Below are positions 39,251 to 46,011 of a stretch of DNA of 46,011 bases, in pieces. The notes beneath the pieces are model-generated. The model made no database searches and was not told the DNA's origin. It worked only from the letters and a program-made list of their open reading frames with translations. The stretch covers positions 1 to 46,011 of the IMG/VR virus record IMGVR_UViG_3300020152_000007. One strand, given 5' to 3'. This DNA is from a virus. How positions within the stretch are numbered: position 1 is the first letter of the stretch; each line of letters opens with the position of its first letter. The position numbers were made by a program, and so were the translations under genes.

Positions 39251-40123
39251 TCAGTCTTCATCGAGGAATGCCCACTCGTCAGGTGCAGGCGGTGCTGTGC
39301 CTGCGCCCGAACTTTGAGCCGGGACAAATGGATTCGCGGGAGCGGCTGGCGCTGGCGCGGCGGCTGCGGGAGCTTGTAAACCAAGCATCTGCACACAGTA
39401 ATCGCCAATCGCCTTCATCGCCTCTTGCCGTGTTGCCTTTGGGTTGGCAGCACGATACATTGCTCCCACACGGAGCACAGCGTCACGGTGTTCTTTCAGT
39501 GCCGGGTATGCGGTAAACATATCCGACTCAGCTGCCTTTTCCCGCTCCGTCGCCTGAATGTGATGCCCAATCATGGCATGCACACGCTGGGGAAGGGTAG
39601 AGAAAACGGCATCGAGAACTTGCATCTGCACTCTCGCGGCCAGCACGGGCAGCACATTCTCCGGTTCGGTTTGCAGACGAGCTGCATCCTCGGGGAGAAT
39701 CTGGTAAGCCTGTACCAGCTCATTAAAATAGGTAGTCCTCGCAGCTTCCAGTTCTTGCGCGACTTGCTCAGGTGTCTGTGCGGGTTGCACAGGCGCCTCA
39801 ACAGCCGGGGGTTGAACCGGGGGTTGTGCTGGAGTACTTGCCGGCTCCACGGGCGGGGCGGCCGGTGCAGGTGTTACTGGCGGAGTAACGGGAGGTGTGA
39901 CTGGCGCTTCAACTGCCGGTACACTCGGAGTATCCGGTGCGGCCGGGGTAAAGTCGTCAGACGAACCACCGTCATCGTTAGTAATACCTGCCCAATCAGT
40001 GTCAACATTAGTAGGGCCATTATCGGGACCTACAGTCGTGTCAGGAGCTCCGCCAGTGTCACCACCGTCGCCAGTGTTTTCATTGCGGTAAACTCGTCCG
40101 TACAACCAGTTTCTCTTAAACAT
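39251..40123 (-). CDS. Scaffolding protein candidate (290 aa)
   Basis: AAGGAG 7 nt upstream. Lies between portal and capsid. Has a Pro/Ala-rich PVTPPVTPPVTP segment and a helical C-terminal half. Confidence 0.55.
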   Translation of the reverse strand: MFKRNWLYGRVYRNENTGDGGDTGGAPDTTVGPDNGPTNVDTDWAGITNDDGGSSDDFTPAAPDTPSVPAVEAPVTPPVTPPVTPAPAAPPVEPASTPAQPPVQPPAVEAPVQPAQTPEQVAQELEAARTTYFNELVQAYQILPEDAARLQTEPENVLPVLAARVQMQVLDAVFSTLPQRVHAMIGHHIQATEREKAAESDMFTAYPALKEHRDAVLRVGAMYRAANPKATRQEAMKAIGDYCVQMLGLQAPAAAAPAPAAPANPFVPAQSSGAGTAPPAPDEWAFLDED

Positions 40124-40415
40124 TTAAATCTCCTTTGTCAGAATTAGACTCTTTCAGCCGGTCAAGGTCCACTTGAACTTGTTCCAGCATCGTAGTCGGA
40201 AGGGCGAGGACCAATTCACCAAATGCTGCCTCACCTTTTAAGTACTCCTGCTTAAACGCCTCATCGGCCCGTTCGAGCGGGGAGAAAATCAAATCCTTTC
40301 GATTCTCCACCTGCTCCTGAATGATTCCGCTAAGAATCTTCCAGCCTTCGTGGGCCAACAAGCTTGCCCACAACTCCTTCTGCTCCCGGAGGGAGCTTTT
40401 GTTTTCCTCTTCCAT
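40116..40415 (-). CDS. Hypothetical protein (99 aa)
   Basis: ORF track; GGAG 6 nt upstream. Confidence 0.6.
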   Translation of the reverse strand: MEEENKSSLREQKELWASLLAHEGWKILSGIIQEQVENRKDLIFSPLERADEAFKQEYLKGEAAFGELVLALPTTMLEQVQVDLDRLKESNSDKGDLNV

Positions 40416-40433
40416 TTCTTCTCCTATTCGCCA

Positions 40434-40460
40434 AATTATAGAAATACCGAGCCTTCGTCA
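40434..40460 (-). promoter_or_regulatory. Possible internal promoter ahead of the scaffold/capsid genes
   Basis: Minus strand reads TTGACG (40460..40455), a 15-nt spacer, then TATAAT (40439..40434). The spacer is short. Confidence 0.35.
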
Positions 40461-40475
40461 ACCTCTGTTTCCGGC

Positions 40476-42419
40476 TCAGCCCGTTGCGCCCATGCCAGGA
40501 ATTTGCCCCGGCTCGTTAAGGTTAGCTCCAGGTGTCATCGGAATGCTGTTGCCCGCTTGAGCGTTTTGTAGGGCCTGTTCATTCGGAATTACCTGGAGCT
40601 TAAATTGACTGACGTTCTTAATCCCGCCCAGCCCGGCAACGAAGCCGAAAATCTTCGAGATGTCGTAGGTTTGCATAACCTGCGGGAAGTTACGCATTTG
40701 TCCGAGTAGAGTTGCCCACAGATTCGCCTGTGCAAAGCGGTCAACCGGGAGAGTTCCGTCGACGGGGACAAAGTCGAAGAAGCCGGCGATACTGTCAGGT
40801 GTCACGTTCACGAAGTCAGGGGCCTGTTCTGCAAGGCTCCCCACCATCCGATACTTGCGGTCGAGCGAGTAGAACTGCTGAGAGTTCTGCAGCAATTTCT
40901 GCGACATCGGCATGAAGCCCATAGCGCTGTAGTACTCGGCCTTTGTCTTCAGCCGATTCACACCGAACGTAGAGCTGCTTCGGGTCTCTGTTGCCGTCTT
41001 CCGTCCGCCCTGATTCACCAGCCCCATGATGTTATCGTTAACACCAGTCGCACGTTGAATCATTTCCGCCACAACTCCCATATCGTTCAGGTGCGAGCGG
41101 GTAACATCGGCCACCGGGAGCTGAGCGATTACTGAGCGAACGTCGCGGCCGTAGGCGGTGGGCTTAAGCCGCAGCAGCTTTCCGGGGTTTGGATTCTCAA
41201 AGTCCTTCGCCACAACCATCGAGGGGTCGAATACGAACTGATTATTCAGGGCTGCCCGAACATTGTAAAAGTGCGTGTTGACCAACCAGCTCATCACATC
41301 ATTGAGCGGCTTCATCATTTCGAGGCTCGACTTCGTGAACAGGTTATACCCGTCCACTTCATCCTCGATAATGTCAAAGCCAAACTTCCCGTGCCAGTTT
41401 GGCAGCGGCTGTGCCCCGATAACTACGCCAGATGAACTCTTCGTGAATATCCAGATTTCTTCGCGGTCGCCGGTACCAAGCTGCCACATCTTGGGGATAA
41501 GGCGAACGTAGATTTCATACCCCTTGACGACGTAGGTGTTACGCTGCTCGTTTTCGGAGTTCCAGGTTGTTTGCTCGATGTCGGCGTTGGGAAGATTCGA
41601 CACCGCATCCGAACCCATGTCACGGGAGATGTCGGCGTGGTCACCTGCAGCATTGCTCTGCTCCTTTTCGCGAAGCGTTTTGAGGTTAAAATACTTCCCC
41701 TTCCGTTGGCCCTCGTGCAGTTCCGCCCACGTGAGTTCCACGTACCGGGCGCAGAATTCACCACGTTGGAACTGGCTGAGGGGTACCCGTGGGTCGGGGA
41801 AGAAATCTTGAGGCCGAACGTTGTAGAGCCGGTTCCCGACATAGCCGGGAATCTCTTTCTCTTTCCAAACTTCCTTCGGCTCGAGGCCGGGGATGGGGAG
41901 GCCCATGAAGGTGGGTTGTTCCATCGCCTTTTCCTTCACCCGGACCGTTTCCTCTTCCCAGTAATGCCCGACAACCCCGTACCCGAACTTGCCGGGGTCC
42001 AGCAGCCAGATGTACATTTGTACCATAGCCTGCTGCATTTGATACGCCATCAGCGCTTCAACACACTGTTCCTGTTGTTGCGATTCGCCGTGTCGGCCTG
42101 CGTATTGCAGCACCGGGTCGCGGCTTAGAAACACCGAGGTGATGTAGGTGTGGGTGGCGAGAATCTGCGCGTAGCTGTACGGCACCTCGATTGTGGTGTA
42201 CTGAGGCATCCCACCTTCCCGCGCGGTCTTCCGGAGTTTATCCGCATCACTTTCAGGAATATACGCGCGAAATTGCTCTTCATTCCGAGCCATCTGTTCA
42301 TGCGCCCCCGAGAACTTATCCTTCGAGAGCTTCAGCCGGTGGTAGAGCTTCTTATTCAGTGCTTCGTGTTCTTTGCTGCCGTAGCGCAGCAGTTTCTTCA
42401 TTTCATCCATCACGGACAT
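40476..42419 (-). CDS. Portal protein
   Basis: About 645-aa ORF immediately after TerL. The alternative ATG at 42410 (GGAGG 9 nt upstream, TGATG coupling to TerL) is probably the true start. Confidence 0.75.
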   Translation of the reverse strand: MSVMDEMKKLLRYGSKEHEALNKKLYHRLKLSKDKFSGAHEQMARNEEQFRAYIPESDADKLRKTAREGGMPQYTTIEVPYSYAQILATHTYITSVFLSRDPVLQYAGRHGESQQQEQCVEALMAYQMQQAMVQMYIWLLDPGKFGYGVVGHYWEEETVRVKEKAMEQPTFMGLPIPGLEPKEVWKEKEIPGYVGNRLYNVRPQDFFPDPRVPLSQFQRGEFCARYVELTWAELHEGQRKGKYFNLKTLREKEQSNAAGDHADISRDMGSDAVSNLPNADIEQTTWNSENEQRNTYVVKGYEIYVRLIPKMWQLGTGDREEIWIFTKSSSGVVIGAQPLPNWHGKFGFDIIEDEVDGYNLFTKSSLEMMKPLNDVMSWLVNTHFYNVRAALNNQFVFDPSMVVAKDFENPNPGKLLRLKPTAYGRDVRSVIAQLPVADVTRSHLNDMGVVAEMIQRATGVNDNIMGLVNQGGRKTATETRSSSTFGVNRLKTKAEYYSAMGFMPMSQKLLQNSQQFYSLDRKYRMVGSLAEQAPDFVNVTPDSIAGFFDFVPVDGTLPVDRFAQANLWATLLGQMRNFPQVMQTYDISKIFGFVAGLGGIKNVSQFKLQVIPNEQALQNAQAGNSIPMTPGANLNEPGQIPGMGATG

Positions 42420-43900
42420 CCTCCAACACGTAAAGGTTTATATTCGGATTCATCATCTATCAACTCGTATTCCCCGTCAATCGTTACTGCCGCTCTCAGG
42501 TGCGGGGTCAATTCCGTGATGCCGATAGCAAGCGCATCTAAAATGTCGTCGTGCTGACTATCATCCAGCGGGTCATATTCGTCCATCTGGGTGACGAGCT
42601 TAGACATCGAGGGGTGAATGTGCAAATGTCCGAAGTTTACCAGCCCGGACAGAGTTTGCACAATGCGGTCAGATTTGCGCCGTTTGTCCTGAATCTTACT
42701 TACCGGCAGGTACAGCCGACGCTTCTTCATTTCCTCTTCTAGGTACCACGCAAGAATCCGTTGGTAGCTGATAGACTCGACTGCTGCCCGCATCGGGGAG
42801 AACTCCAGCATCATATTGAAAAAGTGCATCGCTACAATGTCTGGCATCATAGCCTGTTCCGCCTGATACGCCATCACATACACATCAGGCCCAATCATCC
42901 CAATCGCCATAACTACGCAATCGTCGGCCTTCGGGCTGTCCGAACTCGCCGGGTCGATGGAGATAATCTTCAGCATCCCATGCGGCAGAATCTCCCAGAA
43001 TTTCAGCTTTTCGATTTCGAACGTTTTGCCCTGGGCTGCGACGAGCGAACATTCTTTTTCCCGCATCCAGATATGATACTGTCCGCGGTTAATTGCCGCT
43101 TGCTTCTCGCGCAATACGACTTCCGTTGGCCAGCGCGCTTCCCAGCGGCTTTTCCCGTCCGGGTGCGCTTTGTCGCTGTAGTCGAGTATCCCGTATCGCC
43201 GCCCGTTCCACTGCGGGTCCTTGAGGCACTTTTCGATTGCGTCCTGCTTGTTGAGCGGGGTTTGCAGGAACACGGCCTTGGCGAGCGGACAGTCCGTTTC
43301 CGGGGCGAGGGAGTTGAGCAACGCGCCGAAGATGAGCGCCTCGAGCTTCTTCCTTTGCTCTTCCGTCGCGCAATTTTCCTCGTTAAGAACGTCGTCAATG
43401 ATGATAAGGTCAGGTCGATAATCGTCCGGGTTAAAGCCGCGAATTTGTCCTGTAATCCCCATCGCGAGCAGAGTAATCGGAGTGTCTTCAACATCATGAA
43501 AAATTTCGCAGTGCTCATCGGTCCACTTTTCCCCTTTCCTTAGCCCGTACGTCTGGGCATACTTCTTGTTGTACATAATCTGGCGACGGAGCCAGCGGAC
43601 GCTCATCATCGCGTGCTGTTGACTCACCGAGACATACATGATGGTGCGGGAGACAGCATAACCCACCCGCTGGGCCGTGAAGACCCGGAGCAGCGATGTC
43701 TTCGCCCCGTCCCGGAAAACCTCGAAGGCATTGTATCGGGAGCTGCTGTAAAGCAGTTGCCCCATCTCCCGGTGGAATTCGGGGGAGTCCTGCCGGAAGG
43801 TTTTCGGGAACATGAGCTTGCCAAACATTTCAAGGCTCTGCGCCCCGAGAAGAACCGCCTCTTCCACGCTGATGTTGATGTTATCAGTTAGGGCGTCCAT
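42410..43900 (-). CDS. terL: Terminase large subunit
   Basis: ATPase motifs FRDGAKTSLL and DLIIIDDVLNEE; C-terminal nuclease-like IISIDPASS...DDCVVMAIG. The ATG at 43900 has GGAG 7 nt upstream; the track start at 43918 has no SD. Confidence 0.85.
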   Translation of the reverse strand: MDALTDNINISVEEAVLLGAQSLEMFGKLMFPKTFRQDSPEFHREMGQLLYSSSRYNAFEVFRDGAKTSLLRVFTAQRVGYAVSRTIMYVSVSQQHAMMSVRWLRRQIMYNKKYAQTYGLRKGEKWTDEHCEIFHDVEDTPITLLAMGITGQIRGFNPDDYRPDLIIIDDVLNEENCATEEQRKKLEALIFGALLNSLAPETDCPLAKAVFLQTPLNKQDAIEKCLKDPQWNGRRYGILDYSDKAHPDGKSRWEARWPTEVVLREKQAAINRGQYHIWMREKECSLVAAQGKTFEIEKLKFWEILPHGMLKIISIDPASSDSPKADDCVVMAIGMIGPDVYVMAYQAEQAMMPDIVAMHFFNMMLEFSPMRAAVESISYQRILAWYLEEEMKKRRLYLPVSKIQDKRRKSDRIVQTLSGLVNFGHLHIHPSMSKLVTQMDEYDPLDDSQHDDILDALAIGITELTPHLRAAVTIDGEYELIDDESEYKPLRVGGCP

Positions 43901-44397
43901 ATGTGAACTCCGGTGCATTTGCCGGGAATCGTCAGGGCGTCGAGGGGGTGCGCGAGGAGCCGGGTAGGCTCAGGCCACGGCACCATCCCGTCAAACCACT
44001 TAACGATTTCGAGCATTTTGAATTCCCACAGGTTGGCGGGGAATATGTGTTGAAGAATCGGCAGATACAGTTTCCGTAGCTGCCACCAAGCGTCTGTCGT
44101 GTGCTGATACTTCACCTCGACAATGATTATCTTTCCGCCCTTAAGGTCGAACAGCAACCCGTCGGGCTGGCGCCAGTGCACCCCCAACTCGTCGCTGTAG
44201 TAGAGCCAAGGACTCGGCACGTACCTATCCCCGAAACTCATGAGTAGGTGCTCTTGTACTTTCTGCTCATAGCGGACGCCCTGCAGCCGCCTCCCTGTTA
44301 CCCGGCGGTGGGTGGCGAAGGGAGGGGGGCCGTTGGCAATCCGCGCCCAGCGAACCCGGCCGACCGCCTTAAAGTTCGGGGGCGTGGCCGGTAGCAT
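43888..44397 (-). CDS. PD-(D/E)xK-type nuclease-like protein (169 aa)
   Basis: QPDGLLFDLKGGKIIIVEVKYQH fits a D...(D/E)xK core. Lies between the TerS-like gene and TerL. Confidence 0.45.
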   Translation of the reverse strand: MLPATPPNFKAVGRVRWARIANGPPPFATHRRVTGRRLQGVRYEQKVQEHLLMSFGDRYVPSPWLYYSDELGVHWRQPDGLLFDLKGGKIIIVEVKYQHTTDAWWQLRKLYLPILQHIFPANLWEFKMLEIVKWFDGMVPWPEPTRLLAHPLDALTIPGKCTGVHIWTP

Positions 44398-44983
44398 CCT
44401 TTGTCCCCACTGTCACAGCGTTGTCAGGGTTGTGAACGTCGAGCACCTGCGGAGTCACATCGACCGTCTGCCCGACACTGAACATTCCTTGCCGGGCGTT
44501 GGCCAGCGTCTCCCGGCTGACGGTGAACACGTTGACCTGCGTTTGGGGAGTTTGGCCGCCGGGGTTCTTCTGCGAGGCGGGAGCGTAGCCAGCCCGGTGC
44601 ATGATTTTGTCGAAGGCGTCGAGGACAAACTTCGGGTCCTCGGTGCGCTGGAGGGTCGTAGTGAGCTTTTCCGTCACCACATCGGCAAGCGCATTGAGCT
44701 TCTCCGGCACACTTGAGGCGATGTGGGAGAACACCTGTTCTTGCCGTTCCTTCAATTTCGCCTGAAATAAATCGGTGTGAATTAAGGTACTGAGCCAAGC
44801 TTGCGAGTACCCGAAGTAATCGGCGCATTCCCGGAGGGCTTTCTCGGGGTTTGTAATCATCCAGTTAATCACCATGTCGTGAGTGTGCGACAGGCTCTTC
44901 ACTTGGATGTGCTCTCCGGTGCCTTTGGCCGGAACGTCGTCCAGGCTGATGTCGGGTATTTCGTTAATGTCATTAAGGTTCAT
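44369..44983 (-). CDS. Terminase small subunit candidate (204 aa)
   Basis: The internal ATG at 44983 has AAGGAG 8 nt upstream. First gene of the late arm. HTH-like ALRECADYFGYSQAWLSTLI. The track extension to 45166 would run through the palindrome and promoter. Confidence 0.4.
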   Translation of the reverse strand: MNLNDINEIPDISLDDVPAKGTGEHIQVKSLSHTHDMVINWMITNPEKALRECADYFGYSQAWLSTLIHTDLFQAKLKERQEQVFSHIASSVPEKLNALADVVTEKLTTTLQRTEDPKFVLDAFDKIMHRAGYAPASQKNPGGQTPQTQVNVFTVSRETLANARQGMFSVGQTVDVTPQVLDVHNPDNAVTVGTKDATGHAPEL

Positions 44984-45012
44984 GACGGTCGCTCCTTTAC
45001 GTGTTGCCTTGC

Positions 45013-45042
45013 AGTATAGGGGCGGGGGCGTGGGCTTGTCGA
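45013..45042 (-). promoter_or_regulatory. Candidate promoter of the late (minus-strand) operon
   Basis: Minus strand reads TCGACA (45042..45037), an 18-nt spacer, then TATACT (45018..45013). Confidence 0.3.
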
Positions 45043-45073
45043 GGGGCGTTGCCGGGGGAGTGTGGTCGGGGGT

Positions 45074-45102
45074 TGGGGTGGTGATTAATTTAATCTCCGT
45101 CC
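45074..45102. promoter_or_regulatory. 29-bp imperfect palindrome, copy 7
   Basis: GGGGTGGTGATTAATTTAATCTCCGTCCC, in the divergent gap between the late operon and paralog B. Confidence 0.85.
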
Positions 45103-45179
45103 CAAGAATTCCCCGTTTTTTCAAGCGCCGCTTGCGGCTGTTTCGTGGTCGCACAGCGTCGCGCATGGGGGGAGGGGGG

Positions 45180-45208
45180 TATACACGCGAGGGCGGGAGG
45201 TGTATAGT
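45180..45208 (+). promoter_or_regulatory. Candidate promoter for paralog B
   Basis: TATACA, 17-nt spacer, TATAGT. The hexamers lie within the short inverted repeat TATACAC...GTGTATA. Confidence 0.3.
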
Positions 45209-45275
45209 GTGTTCATGGGGATTCGTTACGGGCCTCCATGCAACAATCGTTCATTAACAATTTAAGGAGCAACAA

Positions 45276-45785
45276 ATGGCTATTAAAATAGCGAAGAAGA
45301 GTAAGACTGCGGACGGCGTAACCTTCCAGTTTGCGGATGTCAACAACACGATAGTGCATTGCCCATTGAAGGAACTGAGTGAGGCAATGGTTTTGCAGTT
45401 GGCAATACACGGACTGGCGCAGAAGGTGGGCGATTCGTACAGCGGGGCAGAATCGGTGGCCGAGGGCCTTGCGGCGGCATCGAGTGTTTGGGAAAACCTG
45501 AAACGAGGTGATTTCAATGCACGGGCACAAGGTACCGGCGGTATGGTGGTTGAGGCCTTGGCAAGGTTGAAGAGCCTGACGATGGACGAAGCGCAGGAGT
45601 TGTGGAATGCAGCCTCGGATGAACAGCGCGAAACCCTGAAGAAGAATCCAAGGGTTAAGGCGATGATTGACATTATCAAGGGCGAACGGGCCAGCAAGTT
45701 CGTTGATGGCACCGGCGATGACCTTGATGGAATGTTAAGCGGGCTGTGGGATTCAAAGGAAGTGAAGGGTAATAAGAAGAAATAA
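45276..45785 (+). CDS. Hypothetical protein, paralog B (homologous to the 171..659 product)
   Basis: AAGGAG 6 nt upstream; 169 aa; alignable with paralog A over most of its length. Confidence 0.85.
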   Translation: MAIKIAKKSKTADGVTFQFADVNNTIVHCPLKELSEAMVLQLAIHGLAQKVGDSYSGAESVAEGLAAASSVWENLKRGDFNARAQGTGGMVVEALARLKSLTMDEAQELWNAASDEQRETLKKNPRVKAMIDIIKGERASKFVDGTGDDLDGMLSGLWDSKEVKGNKKK

Positions 45786-45800
45786 CAGCAGGTGAAGTGG

Positions 45801-45820
45801 GCCGGGGAGAAATCCCCGGC
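45801..45820 (+). other. Perfect 8-bp GC-rich hairpin after paralog B (no U-tract)
   Basis: GCCGGGGA-gaaa-TCCCCGGC; near-duplicate of the terminator stem at 45934. Confidence 0.6.
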
Positions 45821-45840
45821 ATTAACCGGAAGGAGGTTGT

Positions 45841-45927
45841 ATGCGTGCAGCAAAGTTCTATTGGGGCTGGATTGTGGTAGTTGTAGGTATCCAGCTGGTC
45901 ACTCTAATAATTCAGGTTAAGGTGTAA
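45841..45927 (+). CDS. Possible 28-aa hydrophobic peptide
   Basis: AGGAGG 4 nt upstream. MRAAKFYWGWIVVVVGIQLVTLIIQVKV. Flanked by two similar hairpins. Its 3' part lies in the terminal repeat (it continues as 1..43). Confidence 0.4.
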   Translation: MRAAKFYWGWIVVVVGIQLVTLIIQVKV

Positions 45928-46011
45928 ATTTGGGCCGGGGAGGAAACTTCCCGGCTTTTCTCCGGCGGTTGGCGGTGGGAGTGTGGCGCGTCGCGCAGGG
46001 GCAAAAAAAAA
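45885..46011. repeat. Terminal direct repeat, copy 2 (identical to 1..127)
   Basis: Base-for-base identity with 1..127. Confidence 0.95.
45934..45961 (+). terminator. Rho-independent terminator (same sequence as 50..77)
   Basis: GCCGGGGA-ggaaac-TTCCCGGC followed by TTTTCT; follows the 28-aa ORF. Confidence 0.6.

Noticed and set aside
39425-40147. 240-aa plus-strand ORF antisense to the scaffold gene
   Set aside because: It is a Cys/Arg/Gly-rich shadow of the Pro/Ala-rich scaffold frame and has no SD.
42761-43543. 260-aa plus-strand ORF (and the 171-aa and 94-aa minus-strand alternatives) within the terminase gene
   Set aside because: The TerL frame carries the ATPase and nuclease motifs. 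The alternative frames are Arg/Ser-rich shadow ORFs.
1965-45102. Could the 29-bp repeats be a CRISPR array or CRISPR remnants?
   Set aside because: The copies lie 2-12 kb apart rather than separated by 25-40-bp spacers. They are full palindromes with AT cores, they diverge from one another, and no cas genes are present.
44984-45166. 61-codon N-terminal extension of the TerS-like ORF (track start 45166)
   Set aside because: The extension is Pro/Thr/Arg-rich, runs through palindrome copy 7 and the candidate promoter, and has no SD. The ATG at 44983 has AAGGAG 8 nt upstream.
1-46011. Temperate lifestyle or a mobile element (integrase, repressor/Cro switch, att sites, transposase)
   Set aside because: No recombinase or transposase-like ORF was seen, and no flanking host genes. 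The end repeat is better explained as genome closure. The RHH and HTH proteins alone do not establish lysogeny.

Overview
The window appears to be one complete tailed-phage genome. Bases 1..127 are identical to 45885..46011, so the contig closes on itself or is terminally redundant, and the unique length is 45,884 bp. No rRNA, tRNA, CRISPR array, integrase, transposase or phage RNA polymerase was recognised.

Gene layout: two convergent arms.
- Plus strand, about 1.1-21.2 kb: early and replication genes. These include an RHH regulator, an AT-hook/zinc-ribbon protein, a cluster of exported proteins, a KGG-repeat protein, a MazG-like NTP pyrophosphohydrolase, a Cas4/RecB-like nuclease, a Sak4-like ATPase, a DUF669-like SSB, a ParB-DNA methyltransferase fusion, ThyX, a UDG-like::family A DNA polymerase fusion, a DUF3987-like P-loop protein and an HTH protein.
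- Minus strand, 45.0 down to 21.1 kb: late genes. In order these are a TerS-like protein, a PD-(D/E)xK nuclease, TerL, portal, scaffold, major capsid protein, a GT-A glycosyltransferase, fibre/adaptor proteins, a lysis cassette, tail proteins, internal virion proteins and a 2078-aa polyvalent virion protein with an HEFGH metallopeptidase motif and an ART-like domain.

The most unusual signals are in the non-coding sequence:
1. A conserved 29-bp imperfect palindrome occurs seven times. Three copies are fused to near-consensus sigma70 promoters. Two sit just after the polymerase and capsid stop codons. One lies in front of the late operon and one is inside the giant ORF.
2. An imperfect inverted repeat of about 300-390 bp, with an AT-rich core, sits between two divergent TTGACAAC promoters.
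3. AAACGCATT iteron-like repeats, phased 11 bp apart, lie upstream of the replication-ATPase module.
4. Two paralogous genes of unknown function converge on the genome junction, each with its own promoter and terminator.

All functional calls come from motifs read by eye. No homology search was run.
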